A DNA stretch of 63,959 nucleotides, filler included, from Octopus bimaculoides (GCF_001194135.2; 6 parts of 6 records of this genome joined end to end with filler, not necessarily neighbours in it), one strand, 5' to 3'; numbered from the whole stretch's first letter, positions 12,190 to 24,364 are shown. Translations and numbers: made by a program. Notes: a model not told the origin generated them from the letters alone.

Positions 12190-12604
12190 AGAGTGAGAGA
12201 GGAGTGGGTCAGTAAGGATGAGAGAGGGAGAAAGGGAGGATGAGTGTGAGAATGAGCAAAGTGCTTATATGTGTGTGTGTCCGTGTGTCCATGTGTATGT
12301 GTGCAAACATGGGGTATTTGTGTCAATGTGGTGGGGTCGAAAGAAAATAAAAAGAAAATATATATATCATGCCTAAGTCACAAGAGAATTTTTGGGTGCA
12401 TGTATGTATAAGAGCGTATGCACGTATGCATGCATATGCATGTATATGTATGTATATACGCAGGTGTATATAATGGAACAACTCAAGGGTGAATGCATTG
12501 AAGATAGACATAAACTTAGTGGCATATCCGACAGGTACCACTACATAGCCTGAAATGACCAAGGACACAAAATATGGCCTGATGATTTTTTTTGGAGACA
12601 AACC

Positions 12605-12606
12605 AC

Positions 12607-12678
<72 letters not shown>

Positions 12679-12714
12679 TATTATTATTATTATTATTACT
12701 AATATTATTATTAC

Positions 12715-12755
<41 letters not shown>

Positions 12756-12763
12756 TTAGGATT

Positions 12764-12794
<31 letters not shown>

Positions 12795-12825
12795 TTTTCT
12801 TTTGTTGTTGCTGTTATTATTATTC
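12605..12825. repeat. (TTA)n microsatellite
   Basis: Long, nearly pure TTA array, directly visible. Confidence 0.95.
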
Positions 12826-12836
12826 GGCTTGCTCAC

Positions 12837-12930
12837 CTTTTACCGACATTTTCCAATGACTAAAGTTGTTGGAATAGTCTTCTTCCTCTCCTTCTTTTTC
12901 CACCATTTGCTCCTCCTTGGAAATATCCAT
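12837..12930 (-). CDS. Possible initial coding exon (acidic peptide); unconfirmed
   Basis: ATG at 12930 reads MDISKEEQMVEKEGEEEDYSNNFSHWKMSVK and ends at AAAG|gtgagc, a good donor. No homolog recognised. Confidence 0.2.
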
Positions 12931-13254
12931 TTATTAGGGATCATTTTTTCCGTTTGGCTTTTTAATTTATTTTTTATTTCATTTGCCTCACCNNNNNNNN
13001 NNNNNNNNNNNNNNNNNNNNNNNNNNNNNNNNNNNNNNNNNNNNNNNNNNNNNNNNNNNNNNNNNNNNNNNNNNNNNNNNNNNNNNNNNNNNNNNNNNNN
13101 NNNNNNNNNNNNNNNNNNNNNNNNNNNNNNNNNNNNNNNNNNNNNNNNNNNNNNNNNNNNNNNNNNNNNNNNNNNNNNNNNNNNNNNNNNNNNNNNNNNN
13201 NNNNNNNNNNNNNNNNNNNNNNNNNNNNNNNNNNNNNNNNNNNNNNNNNNNNCT

Positions 13255-13267
13255 CTTTCTTCTTCTT

Positions 13268-13345
<78 letters not shown>

Positions 13346-13412
13346 GTTCAGTAGTTTTATTTGAACAATAATTATAATAATAATAATTATTATTATTATT
13401 AATATTATTATT

Positions 13413-13468
<56 letters not shown>

Positions 13469-13520
13469 TATTATTATCATCATCATTATTATTATTATTA
13501 TTATTTATTATTATTATTAT
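13255..13520. repeat. Compound (TTC)n-(TTA)n-(ATC)n microsatellite
   Basis: Directly visible. Confidence 0.95.
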
Positions 13521-13539
13521 GTTGTTTTTTGACAGAGAT

Positions 13540-14430
13540 TTGGAGTGTCAGAAGAAATGCTTAGCAGAAGATTTTTTTTTTCCTGGTTCTTTACCTTCTG
13601 AGTACAAATACCACTTTGGTCAGCTTGGCTTTTCAGTAGAATAAAGTACCAGCCAAGTACTGGGGTGGATGGAGTGGGAGGGGGGTGGCATCATCTAACA
13701 CCCTGCCATTATAACTGTTGGCCTTGTGCTTCAGGTTAGAAATCATTATTATTTGTAATTCTCTGTAAAGCAGCAAGCTGGCAGAATCATTAGCAGACTG
13801 GGCAAAATGTTTAGCAGTATTTTGTACATCTTTATGTTCTGAGTTCAAATTCTGTCAAGGTTGACTTTGCCTTTCATTCTTTTGGAGTCAATAAGATAAG
13901 TACCAGCTGAGTTCTTGGATCAATGTAATTGATTGATTTAATGAAGGTGGCAAGTTGGCAGGAACGTTAGCATACCGGGCGAAACACTTAGTGGTATTTC
14001 GTCTGTCGTTACGTTCTGAGTTGAAATTCCGCCGAGGTTGACTTTGCCTTTCATCCTTTCGGGGTCGATTAAATAAGATTAATCCGTTTGTCTGTCCTTG
14101 TTTGTCCCCTCTGTGTGTAGCCCCTTGTGGGCAATAACGAAATAAGAAATGTTAGCATGCCAGGCGAAATGCTTAGCGGTATTTTGTCTGCCATTATCTT
14201 CTTTGTTCAAACTCTGCCGAGGTCGACTTTGCCCTTCATCCTTTCGGGGTCGATTAAATAAGTACTGGTTATGCATTGGGATCAATGAAATTGACTTAAT
14301 CTCTTTGTTTGCCCTTGTTTGTCCCCTCTATGTTTAGCCCCACCACCCATGAGCAATAAAGAAATAAATGTTATTGATTTAACTCTTACTCCAAAATTGC
14401 TGACCTTGTGTCAAAATTTGAGTGTATTAT
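13540..14430 (+). mobile_element. Second head-to-tail cluster of about four Meta-like SINE copies
   Basis: Repeated head...GTTGACTTTGCCTTTCATCCTTTCGGGGTCGATTAAATAAG units at about 13550, 13770, 13945 and 14150. Confidence 0.75.
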
Positions 14431-14596
14431 TAATTCCCCTATTTGGGGAAATTTGCCGATCTTGGCTACTCATGTGCCTGTCATATATAAGTGTGCAAGT
14501 ATGTGTGTCTTCCTCCACCACCACTTGACAACCAGAACTGGTGTTTTCATGTCTCCATAACTTAGCAGTTCAGGAAAAGACATCCATAGATTAAGT

Positions 14597-14866
14597 CACA
14601 CACACACACACACACACACGTGATCGACCAGGCTATCAGATGTTGTTACACATCGCTGGTCACAATACGCTTTTGCATTGTTTTAGCATTCAAATGATGC
14701 CACCTTGCTGGATTACACCCCATGACTGAAAGGGGAAAATGGAACAATGTGAAATCAGGTGGTTTGCTCAAGAACACAACACACCACCCAGTCAGGGAAT
14801 CGAACTCACGATCTAGCAATTGTGAATGCAACAGCCTAACCACTGGGCCACACACCTTCCCTATTA
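14597..14866 (-). mobile_element. tRNA-derived SINE with (TG)n tail inserted into another SINE tail; 11-bp TSD
   Basis: TSD ATAGATTAAGT at 14586-14596 and 14867-14877. The minus strand has TGGCCCAGTGGTTAGG and GAGTTCGATTCC boxes. Confidence 0.8.
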
Positions 14867-15039
14867 ATAGATTAAGTACTAGGATTAAAACAAAAAAATA
14901 ACAACTGAGATTAGTTCATTTGACTAAAAATTCTTCAAAGTGGTACCTCAGTATGGCCACAGTTTAATGCCCTAACCACTGGGCCATTGCGTCTCCTTAA
15001 TTCTCTGTGGAACAGCTTAAATAAAACTTAAACACAAAA

Positions 15040-15180
15040 TATACATGTTGAGCTTCTTTCAGTTACTGTCTGCCAAATCTACTCATAGATAATATTTGTC
15101 CAAGGTATCACACAGTGAGACTGAACTTGAGACCTCATGGTTCAGAAGCAAGTCTCTTAGCCACATAGCCAAGTGTTCAC
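15040..15180 (-). mobile_element. CORE-like SINE 5' fragment
   Basis: Degenerate reverse complement of the 7339-7490 head and core. Confidence 0.6.
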
Positions 15181-15484
15181 ATTATAACAGGAGTAAAAGA
15201 AAATTGTAGTTTGACACTATAATTTGATAAGTAGAAACACATAAGAAATTTCCAATTTGGCAACGAATTTGATATTGGCCTCTTTAATTTAGGGAAAGAA
15301 AAAATACAACGATTATTGATTCCTGTACTTCATTTTTAATTGAAGAGATAATGATGCTAACTTTTTTTTATATTAGTTAACTTATACCACAAGTAAATGA
15401 TGTGATGGATGCAGCATCTAAGACAGATGCTGAAGAATAATATTTCTTTATTTTTCTGAATTACTTGAGTTGTTCTATTACAAT

Positions 15485-15752
15485 AGATGCATGGCTCAAT
15501 AGTTAGGGCATCAGGCTCACAATCATGAGGTAATGAGTTCAATTCCCAGACTGGGCTGTGTGTTGTGTTCTTGAGCAAGACACTTTATTTCATGTTGCTC
15601 CAGTTCGCTCAGCTGTGAGGGGAGGCTGGTATGCATGGATCACTGCTGGTCTTCCATAAACGATCTTGCCTGGACCTGTGCCTCAGAGGATAACTTTCTA
15701 GGTGCAATCCCATGGTCATTCTTGATTGAAAGGAGTCTTTACCCTTTGCCCT
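15485..15752 (+). mobile_element. tRNA-derived SINE with Bov-B/RTE-like tail ending CTTTACCCTTT
   Basis: Head TGGCTCAATAGTTAGGG...GAGTTCAATTCC, core GAGCAAGACACTTTATTTCATGTTGCTCCAG, tail CTAGGTGCAATCCCATGGTC...TCTTTACCCTTT. An inverted homolog lies at 17210-17560. Confidence 0.7.
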
Positions 15753-16323
15753 ATAAAAGTTGCTACCTATTGGTGGAATGTGTAAATCATGAAAGCACTA
15801 GACAACTTCCTTGGTGTAGTTTGTTGTGCTCCTTTTCCTTCTGCGTTTCAGTTCCACTGAGATCGAATTCTCTTTTGATTCTTCGAGAGGGGGGGGATAA
15901 GGTAAATATTGTGATCAACAATAGAAACCAGAACATGGTGGCAGATTAACCTTCTTGTTTTCATATTTCTGCTAGTCCTTGTCACCATCGGATCCTGTCA
16001 AAGCATTTAACCCATGCTAGCACGAAATATGGATGTTACATGATTATAGTAATAATGATATAATGATGATGGTGATGATGATGATGATGATGATGACGAT
16101 GATGATGACGATGATGATGACATATGACAGTAAGAGCCATTTAAGTGTGTTCTGTTCAAAGCAGCTGAACGAGGGAAAAGAGAAAGCAAGAAATAGTAGC
16201 AGTAGCAACAATAACTGTAAATCACAGAAACGGTAATTTTCAGAGCACCAATGGCTGAACTACTTGTTAATCAGTGCAATGAACTAAAATCAGAGATTCC
16301 AACTACTTGGTCTGAGCAGCAGA

Positions 16324-16461
16324 CTATTATACATCTCTACGGTCTGGGTTTGTTGTTTTTTTGTTTACTTCGTTTTTGCCGGAAATGTTTGTCCTCGTGT
16401 TTTGTTATCTCAGTGTTTATAGTATTATTTGGCATTGCTGTGTGACTATTATCTAGATTTT
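16324..16461 (-). mobile_element. 138-bp internal fragment of the R4/Dong-like family seen at 63 kb, flanked by a 13-bp direct repeat
   Basis: Highly similar to 63055-63195. TCTGAGCAGCAGA lies at 16311-16323 and 16462-16474. Confidence 0.8.
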
Positions 16462-16771
16462 TCTGAGCAGCAGAACTATCCTATCATCCAGTAATAGTGA
16501 GAATGAGAGTGACCAGGAATGGTAAATAATTAAGGACAAAATGAAATAAATCCAGAAAATACTCCTGGGATAAAATTCTGTTTTTCAAATGCAAGGTGAA
16601 CAGAATGAGCGAACAGAAGCTCCTCTCCTAGGAATATATGAACTTCACAGTACTTTGGGTATCCAGTACAGCACAAAGTGACAACTTGAGCATCTCTTAG
16701 AATGGCTTCAAACTTTGGATGTAAGGCCAGCAATTTTGGGGCAGAGGCAAGTTGAATGTATAATTTACTTA

Positions 16772-17130
16772 CTTGGGCCCCGTGGGGGCAAGTGGCTGAG
16801 TTCCTTTTGAGTGTTGAGCCTCACAGAGGCTAGGTAGCTGAGTTCCTTTGAGCGTTGGGTCTCATGGAGGCAAGTGGCTGAGTTCCTTTCAAGTGTTGGG
16901 CCTCACAGTGGTAAGGTGGCTGAGTGCCTTTCAAGCATTGGGCCCCATGGGGACAAAGTGGCTGTGTTCCTTTCAAGCATTGCGCCTTATGGAGGCAATG
17001 ACCAAGACCTTTGGCATTATGTCATGCTTGAGAAGAAATCAGACTGGAGCCTGGTGCAGCCTTCCAGTGTGCCAGCCCAGTCAAACGATCCAACCCAATC
17101 CAGCATGGACAACAGATGTTATATGATGAT
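16772..17130 (+). mobile_element. RTE-type 3' region with about 5.5 tandem 41-42-bp units and GAT tail
   Basis: Units of the form TTGGGCCTCATGGAGGCAAGTGGCTGAGTTCCTTTCAAGTG are followed by the shared RTE-tail end CCAACCCAATCCAGCATGGA...GATGATG. Confidence 0.7.
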
Positions 17131-17209
17131 GAATTTAAAGTTGTGTGATAGCATATTAATCAATAACACATACAGGAGCAGAACATTGATCCATTAAATT
17201 GATTGTATA

Positions 17210-17560
17210 AGGGGTAAAAAAGGGTAAAGACCCCCTTTGTTCACGAAAGACCATGGGATTGCACCTAGAAAGTTATCCTCCAAGGCATAAGTACGGGCAA
17301 GGCTGTTCATGGAAGACAAACAGTCACCCATGCATACCAGCTTCCCATCTCCACTCCAGCCATGTTATCCAAAGGAAAGGCAAAGGCTGATACAGCTTGA
17401 CACCAGTGATGCTGCAACTCACTTCTGCAGCTGATAGAACTGGAGCAACATGAATATAATGCGTCTTGCTCAATAACCAAACACAGCCTGGTCCGGGAAT
17501 CAAACTCACTACCTTGTGATTATGAGCCTAACACTCAAACCACAGAGCCATGTACTTTCA
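17210..17560 (-). mobile_element. tRNA-derived SINE with Bov-B/RTE-like tail (full length)
   Basis: GGGTAAAGACCCCC...CCATGGGATTGCACCTAGAAAGTTA is the reverse complement of the 15690-15750 tail. The tRNA-like head is at 17490-17555. Confidence 0.7.
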
Positions 17561-19075
17561 CTAAATCGACAGTATACATTGAATCAAGAAATTGACTCTA
17601 TAAACGTTTCAATTTGTGCCAATATAATAATGAATTGTTATTGATATCCGTTTCACTGTCACTATTACTACAGATATTATCATCAATATAATCATCATGT
17701 TAGGCAAAATATATTTTTGTTTATAAAACTGCATGAGTGGTTCTGACAGCGGTGGTGGTGGTGGTGGAGCTTTTCATTGGGGTAGTATTAGTAATTATGG
17801 AGAAGTGCTTACAACAGGGTGGGAAAAAAATCCCTTTTCAATTTTTAGTTATTTCACTTCGTTACCTTATTCGATTTTGTTCTGTATACATTTATGTATG
17901 TACATAAATACACAGACATATATACGTATGGACATATATATATATANNNNNNNNNNNNNNNNNNNNNNNNNNNNNNNNNNNNNNNNNNNNNNNNNNNNNN
18001 NNNNNNNNNNNNNNNNNNNNNNNNNNNNNNNNNNNNNNNNNNNNNNNNNNNNNNNNNNNNNNNNNNNNNNNNNNNNNNNNNNNNNNNNNNNNNNNNNNNN
18101 NNNNNNNNNNNNNNNNNNNNNNNNNNNNNNNNNNNNNNNNNNNNNNNNNNNNNNNNNNNNNNNNNNNNNNNNNNNNNNNNNNNNNNNNNNNNNNNNNNNN
18201 NNNNNNNNNNNNNNNNNNNNNNNNNNNNNNNNNNNNNNNNNNNNNNNNNNNNNNNNNNNNNNNNNNNNNNNNNNNNNNNNNNNNNNNNNNNNNNNNNNNN
18301 NNNNNNNNNNNNNNNNNNNNNNNNNNNNNNNNNNNNNNNNNNNNNNNNNNNNNNNNNNNNNNNNNNNNNNNNNNNNNNNNNNNNNNNNNNNNNNNNNNNN
18401 NNNNNNNNNNNNNNNNNNNNNNNNNNNNNNNNNNNNNNNNNNNNNNNNNNNNNNNNNNNNNNNNNNNNNNNNNNNNNNNNNNNNNNNNNNNNNNNNNNNN
18501 NNNNNNNNNNNNNNNNNNNNNNNNNNNNNNNNNNNNNNNNNNNNNNNNNNNNNNNNNNNNNNNNNNNNNNNNNNNNNNNNNNNNNNNNNNNNNNNNNNNN
18601 NNNNNNNNNNNNNNNNNNNNNNNNNNNNNNNNNNNNNNNNNNNNNNNNNNNNNNNNNNNNNNNNNNNNNNNNNNNNNNNNNNNNNNNNNNNNNNNNNNNN
18701 NNNNNNNNNNNNNNNNNNNNNNNNNNNNNNNNNNNNNNNNNNNNNNNNNNNNNNNNNNNNNNNNNNNNNNNNNNNNNNNNNNNNNNNNNNNNNNNNNNNN
18801 NNNNNNNNNNNNNNNNNNNNNNNNNNNNNNNNNNNNATATATATATATATATACATATATATACACACATGTATGTATGTATATGTATATAGGTATGCAT
18901 CTGTGTGTGTATATATATATATATACATCTATATATATAAATATAAATATATATCTTTGTATATATATATATGTAGCTTGTTATTTTTTTATATTTTTCT
19001 CAATTTTCAATAAAAGTGTTGTTGTTGATACTTTTGTATTTGTTTAATTTATTTAAGCCTGTTTATTTACCATGC

Positions 19076-19109
<34 letters not shown>

Positions 19110-19200
19110 ATATAATACATGATACATGTACATGTTTATATATGTGTATATATAAGTATTTACATGTATGCATTTATATATATAATATAATATATATATA

Positions 19201-19262
<62 letters not shown>

Positions 19263-19437
19263 CAGATACATACACATGCATATGTACTTATATACACTTG
19301 CATATAAGCTTTTATTATGAATGGATGTGTTTGTTGTGTGCATGGGGACAATTGCAAGGATTCTGTCTGTTTTGAGGATTCCCAAACTATAAGAAATATG
19401 CACATACATACAAGCATATTTAACTGTCTATCTATCC

Positions 19438-19504
<67 letters not shown>

Positions 19505-20502
19505 AACACATATACATACCTACATACATGCATATATATATATGTGTATATATAGATATATTTATATACAGACACAAACACACACACTCATATACATAAT
19601 TTGCACGCTTTTTCAAATCATTAAAAGTGCTTATTATACACATGCAGTGGGTGAAATAAGGTTCAGAATATGTGTTACCATGTGACCACATCTGTCTACA
19701 TATGTATACATTAATGACATGTGCACACATGTAAATGTAAACATACAAATATATATATATATTTATATATATATAAGATCGGANNNNNNNNNNNNNNNNN
19801 NNNNNNNNNNNNNNNNNNNNNNNNNNNNNNNNNNNNNNNNNNNNNNNNNNNNNNNNNNNNNNNNNNNNNNNNNNNNNNNNNNNNNNNNNNNNNNNNNNNN
19901 NNNNNNNNNNNNTACATGTGTGTACATGTCATTAATAATTACAATTATCAATACACTTTCTTATAATTTAGTTTTATACCACTTCTATATATTTTCCTAC
20001 CAATTTTGAAAGGAGCTAATCTAAATTTCTTTTATTCACTATAAATGTTTTTCTTAGTATTCTTGTAACATTGTTTTTTTTTTTTCTTAATTTATATTTT
20101 TCATAATTTCCTTTCAAATTCTTCAAAATAATGTTCTGTTATTTTTTCTTCGCATTCTTTTTTCTTTTCCGAAATAATTATTTTGTTGATATTGATATAT
20201 CGCTGATAAGGATTCTGGGATTTTGGCTTTTTTGTTTTTTACCCCAATTTGTTCTACTCTCTCTCTCTCTCTCTCTCTCTCTATTGTGGCACTGTATATA
20301 TATACACATATACACACAAGCATGCACACACTTATGTATATATACAGGGATACATACAATACCTACACACACACACACACACATATATATATGTATATAG
20401 ATATACATATATATATGTATATATATATGTATATATATACGTTTATATATATATATATATTTATATATATACATGTATATATATATGCATACATATATAC
20501 AT

Positions 20503-20551
<49 letters not shown>

Positions 20552-20739
20552 TAAATATATTTGTAAATGTATACACATACACACATATACACATATGCCT
20601 CTATGTGCAAGTACGCTCAAATTTCTTTCTTTCTTACTTATTTTATATACAGTTCATCTTACTTTGTTTACTGTTTTTTTTTTTTTTTTACAATGTTTCA
20701 ACTTCCCCTATTAAACGATTACAAATACACTATTCTTAA

Positions 20740-21536
20740 AGTGTTTCTGGGGCCTGTACTTCTTCCCAATTCTCTGATGTTTCTCTCTTTCTTTCACTTT
20801 CTCTTTGCCCCACCCACTTCTTTTTTTCTTTTTCCACTTCTCTCTCATTCTCACAGTATGTTTCGTTTCCTTCTCAACTTCTTCATAATGCTGCCTCCTC
20901 TCTCTGCTACTCATCTCTGTATCTTAAACTTCCATATTTATTTCCTTCTCTCCTTCTTTCCTCCTCTTCCTCTTTTCTCACCGCTCTCTTTCTGTCTCTG
21001 TCTCACACACATCACACTTTCCCTCATACACACATTCGCTTTCTTCTATCTCTCACTCTATCGATCATTTGCTTCTCCTTACACAAATACTCACCTCCTA
21101 CTTCTCTACATCACCATCTCTCTGTCCCCCCTCTCTCTCTCTCCTATCCATCTCCTGGTTCCCTCTCTTCTCATTCACTCATTCATTCACTTATAGTGTT
21201 CCTCCTACCCTCATATTGAATCTAACAATCTCTTACCCCTTCCTCTTCCCTATCCTCTTTTTTCACATCCCTCCTCCCTTTTCATTCATATCCATTCACC
21301 TCTCCCTCACTTGATTTTCTTCTATTGGTTATTTCACTTATTTTTCTTGTGTTTCTCCTTCAAACCTCAACAACTTCTCCACCCAATCATCTCTCTCTCT
21401 CTCTCTCTTTCTCCTTCTCCTTCTCCCTCTCCTATTCTCTCTCTCTCTCTATCTGTCTACATGATACTCCCTTCTCATATCAACTTTTATTCTTCCTCCA
21501 CTCTCTTCCCACCCTCGCTCAATTTCCTTCTTTCAG
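20740..21536 (+). repeat. ~800-bp low-complexity polypyrimidine (CT-rich) tract
   Basis: Strongly C/T-biased plus strand, directly visible. Confidence 0.85.
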
Positions 21537-21592
21537 GCTCCACTCCATCAAACTCAAATTTTAACACAAGGCCAATAATTTCAATTGAGCAG
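21537..21592 (+). CDS. Candidate 56-bp internal exon; gene unknown
   Basis: Acceptor TTCCTTCTTTCAG| and consensus donor CAG|GTAAGT. Only one frame is open: xSTPSNSNFNTRPIISIEQ (phase 1 in, phase 0 out). Confidence 0.3.
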
Positions 21593-21699
21593 GTAAGTCA
21601 ATAACAACAACCCCAGGGCTGAAACGGTACTTACCATATCTTAACGTATAAGGAACCCTCTAATTTCTAGTGTTTAAAATTTGGAAAAAGAAATTTTGT

Positions 21700-21945
21700 A
21701 AGGGAGCATATTCGGAGGAGAGTGCTTGATAGTTGCAGGTAAATGGACCACAAAAGCGAGGTAGATCAAGGAAAATGTGGAGAGGACAGGTGGAGGAGAT
21801 TGGAAGGGTTGACTTGAGAAGAGAGGATGCCCAAAACTGGAGAAGATGGTGAGATGGTGTGAGGGTGGTTGCTATGGCACTCAGGTAAATCCAGCCACCC
21901 CCGTTAACGGGGACAAACCTGGATTTAAAACATTGAATGATGATT
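21700..21945 (+). mobile_element. RTE-clade LINE 3' end (decayed ORF C-terminus and UTR)
   Basis: Translates QVNGPQKRGRSRKMWRGQVEEIGRVDLRREDAQNWRRW, the typical RTE GxRxRGRPxxxW...W ending. Short GAT tail. Confidence 0.75.
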
Positions 21946-22019
21946 ATAATACTATCCATGTATAAGAAACTCCCATATTTTGTTAGCCTAATCTTTGACA
22001 TTAAAGGGTTCTTTATACA

Positions 22020-22160
22020 TGTTAAAATACAGTATTTATTGACCCAGAAAGAATGAAATATAAAGTCAGCCTCAGAAGAATTTGAACCCAGAATTCTAAA
22101 GCAGATGAAATACCACTAAGTACTTTTTGCCTGGCATGCTAACAATTCTGCCAGCTGTCC
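22020..22160 (-). mobile_element. Meta-like SINE, degenerate
   Basis: GACCCAGAAAGAATGAAATATAAAGTCAGCCTCAGAAGAATTTGAACCCAGAA is a decayed reverse complement of the 13950-14070 copy. Confidence 0.6.
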
Positions 22161-22439
22161 TTCTTAACCATTCAACTGAAATTATCACTCACTCATTTGT
22201 CTCTGTCCATTCATATTTTCTAAAACCTTCGTACTCATAACCAGACTGATACAAGCCAATGAGGAAGGCTCTAATTGGTCACTCGACATGCTAGAAATAG
22301 GAATCAAATCTTCCTCAAAATTAGGTGGAATAATCAGACGAGATGTTTTGCTTCATACTTGAAAATAGTGGAAGCTTTTCTCTTGGTTGTCACTAAATCT
22401 ATTGCAATCATCTTAATCTTTTAGCATTTAATCCAGCCA

Positions 22440-22610
22440 TATATACGATGGTCTTCTTTCAATTTCCATCGACCAAATCCACTCACAAAGCTTTGCTTGG
22501 CCCAAGGCTACAGCAGAAGACACTTGGCTAAGATGCCATGCAGTAGGACTGAACACAGAACCATGTGGTTGGGAAGCAAGCTTCTTACCACACAGCCATG
22601 CCTGCACCTA
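22440..22610 (-). mobile_element. CORE-like SINE 5' half
   Basis: CCAAATCCACTCACAAAGCTTTG...AGAAGACACTTGGCTAAGATGCC...CTTACCACACAGCC. Confidence 0.75.
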
Positions 22611-22612
22611 TG

Positions 22613-22686
<74 letters not shown>

Positions 22687-23164
22687 CATTTTTTGTAGTC
22701 CCTCCTACCATTTTTCATACTCATTTTATCACAATTTTTTTTTCTTTTCTTTTATTTATTTATTTTTTTTTTACAATCCTTGATTCTTGAAAACAGTTGA
22801 GCCAGAGTTTGCACCTGCTGCTATTACAAAATGCAACAACGGATTCCCAGCTGCATTGGAAGCAGTTTATATTATTGTCAATTATTATTATTATTATTAT
22901 TACTATCATCATCATCGTCATCATCATTATTATTATTATTATCATTATTATTATATTCATTATTACTATGATTATTATTATTGATGTTGTTGTCATTGAG
23001 ACTATCACTATTGTTTTTGCTGTTTTTTTTTTTATTTCATTTTATTTACTTTGCTCTACCTTTGTTTACAATTTGTTCCATGAAGAAATGTTGCAATTGT
23101 TTGTGCGAAGGAGAGATGGTGACAAGGATAATAACGATGTTCATGACGATGATGATGATGATGG

Positions 23165-23610
23165 TGGTGAGAATGACGAGGAGGAAGAGGAGGAGGAGGA
23201 GAAGAATGAAGAGGAGGGGCGGAAGTAGAGGGAAGAGTCTGAGAAAGAGTTGGAGAAAGAGTTGGAGGAAGAGGTGGAGGAAGAGGTGGAGGAAGAGGTA
23301 GAGGAAGGAGTGGTGGGGAAAGAGGTGTAAGAGGAACAGGAGAAAGATGAGGGGAAAAGGAAGAAGAAAACGGGGAAGTGGAAGAGGAGGAGGAGAAGAA
23401 GGGGGAAGAGGAGGAGGAGAAGAAGAAGGAAAAGGAGGAGGAGAAGGAGAAAGCAGAGGGGAAAGAGAAGGATAGTGTTGGTGAAGATCATGATGATGAT
23501 TGATGATGATGATGATGATGATAAGAGGAAAGTGAGAGGAAGAAAAGGAGGACGAGAAGGAAGAGGAGGAGATAGAGAAGAAAAAGAAGAGAAGTAGGGG
23601 TGGGAGGAGT
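23165..23610 (+). repeat. ~450-bp polypurine (GAG/GAA-rich) tract with embedded (GAT)n
   Basis: Directly visible. Confidence 0.85.
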
Positions 23611-23739
23611 ATGGCACTTTCAGCATTGATTTTGCTGGGAATGGTTGTAATGGTGATTATCATTGTAGTAATTTTGTGATATTACAAATAAAGATACTGT
23701 TATGGATAGGTTATAATTGGTTTGGTGTTTATTATAACA

Positions 23740-24121
23740 GTGGAGGCGCAATGGCCCAGTGGTTAGGGCAGCGGGCTCGTGGTCATAAGATCACAGTTTC
23801 GATTCCCAGACTGGGCGTTGTGAATGTTTATTGAGCGAAAACACCTAAAAGCTTCACGAGGCTCCGGTAGGGGATGGTGGCGAACCCTGCTGTACTCTTT
23901 CACCACAACTTTCTCTCACTCTTACTTCCTGTTTCTGTTGTGCCTGTAATTCAAAGGGGTCAGCCTTGTCACACTGTGTCACGCTGAATATCCCCGAGAA
24001 CTACGTTAAGGGTACACGTGTCTGTGGAGTGCTCAGCCACTTGCACATTAATTTCACGAGCAGGCTGTTCCGTTGATTGGATCAACTGGAACCCTCGATG
24101 TCGTAAGTGACAGAGTGCCAA
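23740..24121 (+). mobile_element. tRNA-derived SINE family A, full length
   Basis: A and B boxes present. Colinear with 47294-47679 and ends GTAAGTGACAGAGTGCCAACAAAACAAAA. Confidence 0.9.
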
Positions 24122-24364
24122 CAAAACAAAAATGTTATTACAATAAATATTTTGATGATTGGGGTGTTGATATTGGTGGTGGTGGCATTCATTGTAGTGG
24201 TTAGGGTAAATTTGCTGATTGCACAATACAAAGTATGCAGTGGACACTAATAAACTACACACCTCAACCCGTGTTGTGCATTTCTGTTATCACATTTTGA
24301 TGGGCTGAGATATCTGGCATGTTGTTTTACTCAAGAAGACCTATCTCCACCACAGCAGGATTAC

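Noticed and set aside
16772-17000. CRISPR-like regularly spaced 41-42-bp repeats
   Set aside because: There are no unique spacers and no cas genes. The units are contiguous and run into an RTE-type 3' tail, and the host is eukaryotic.
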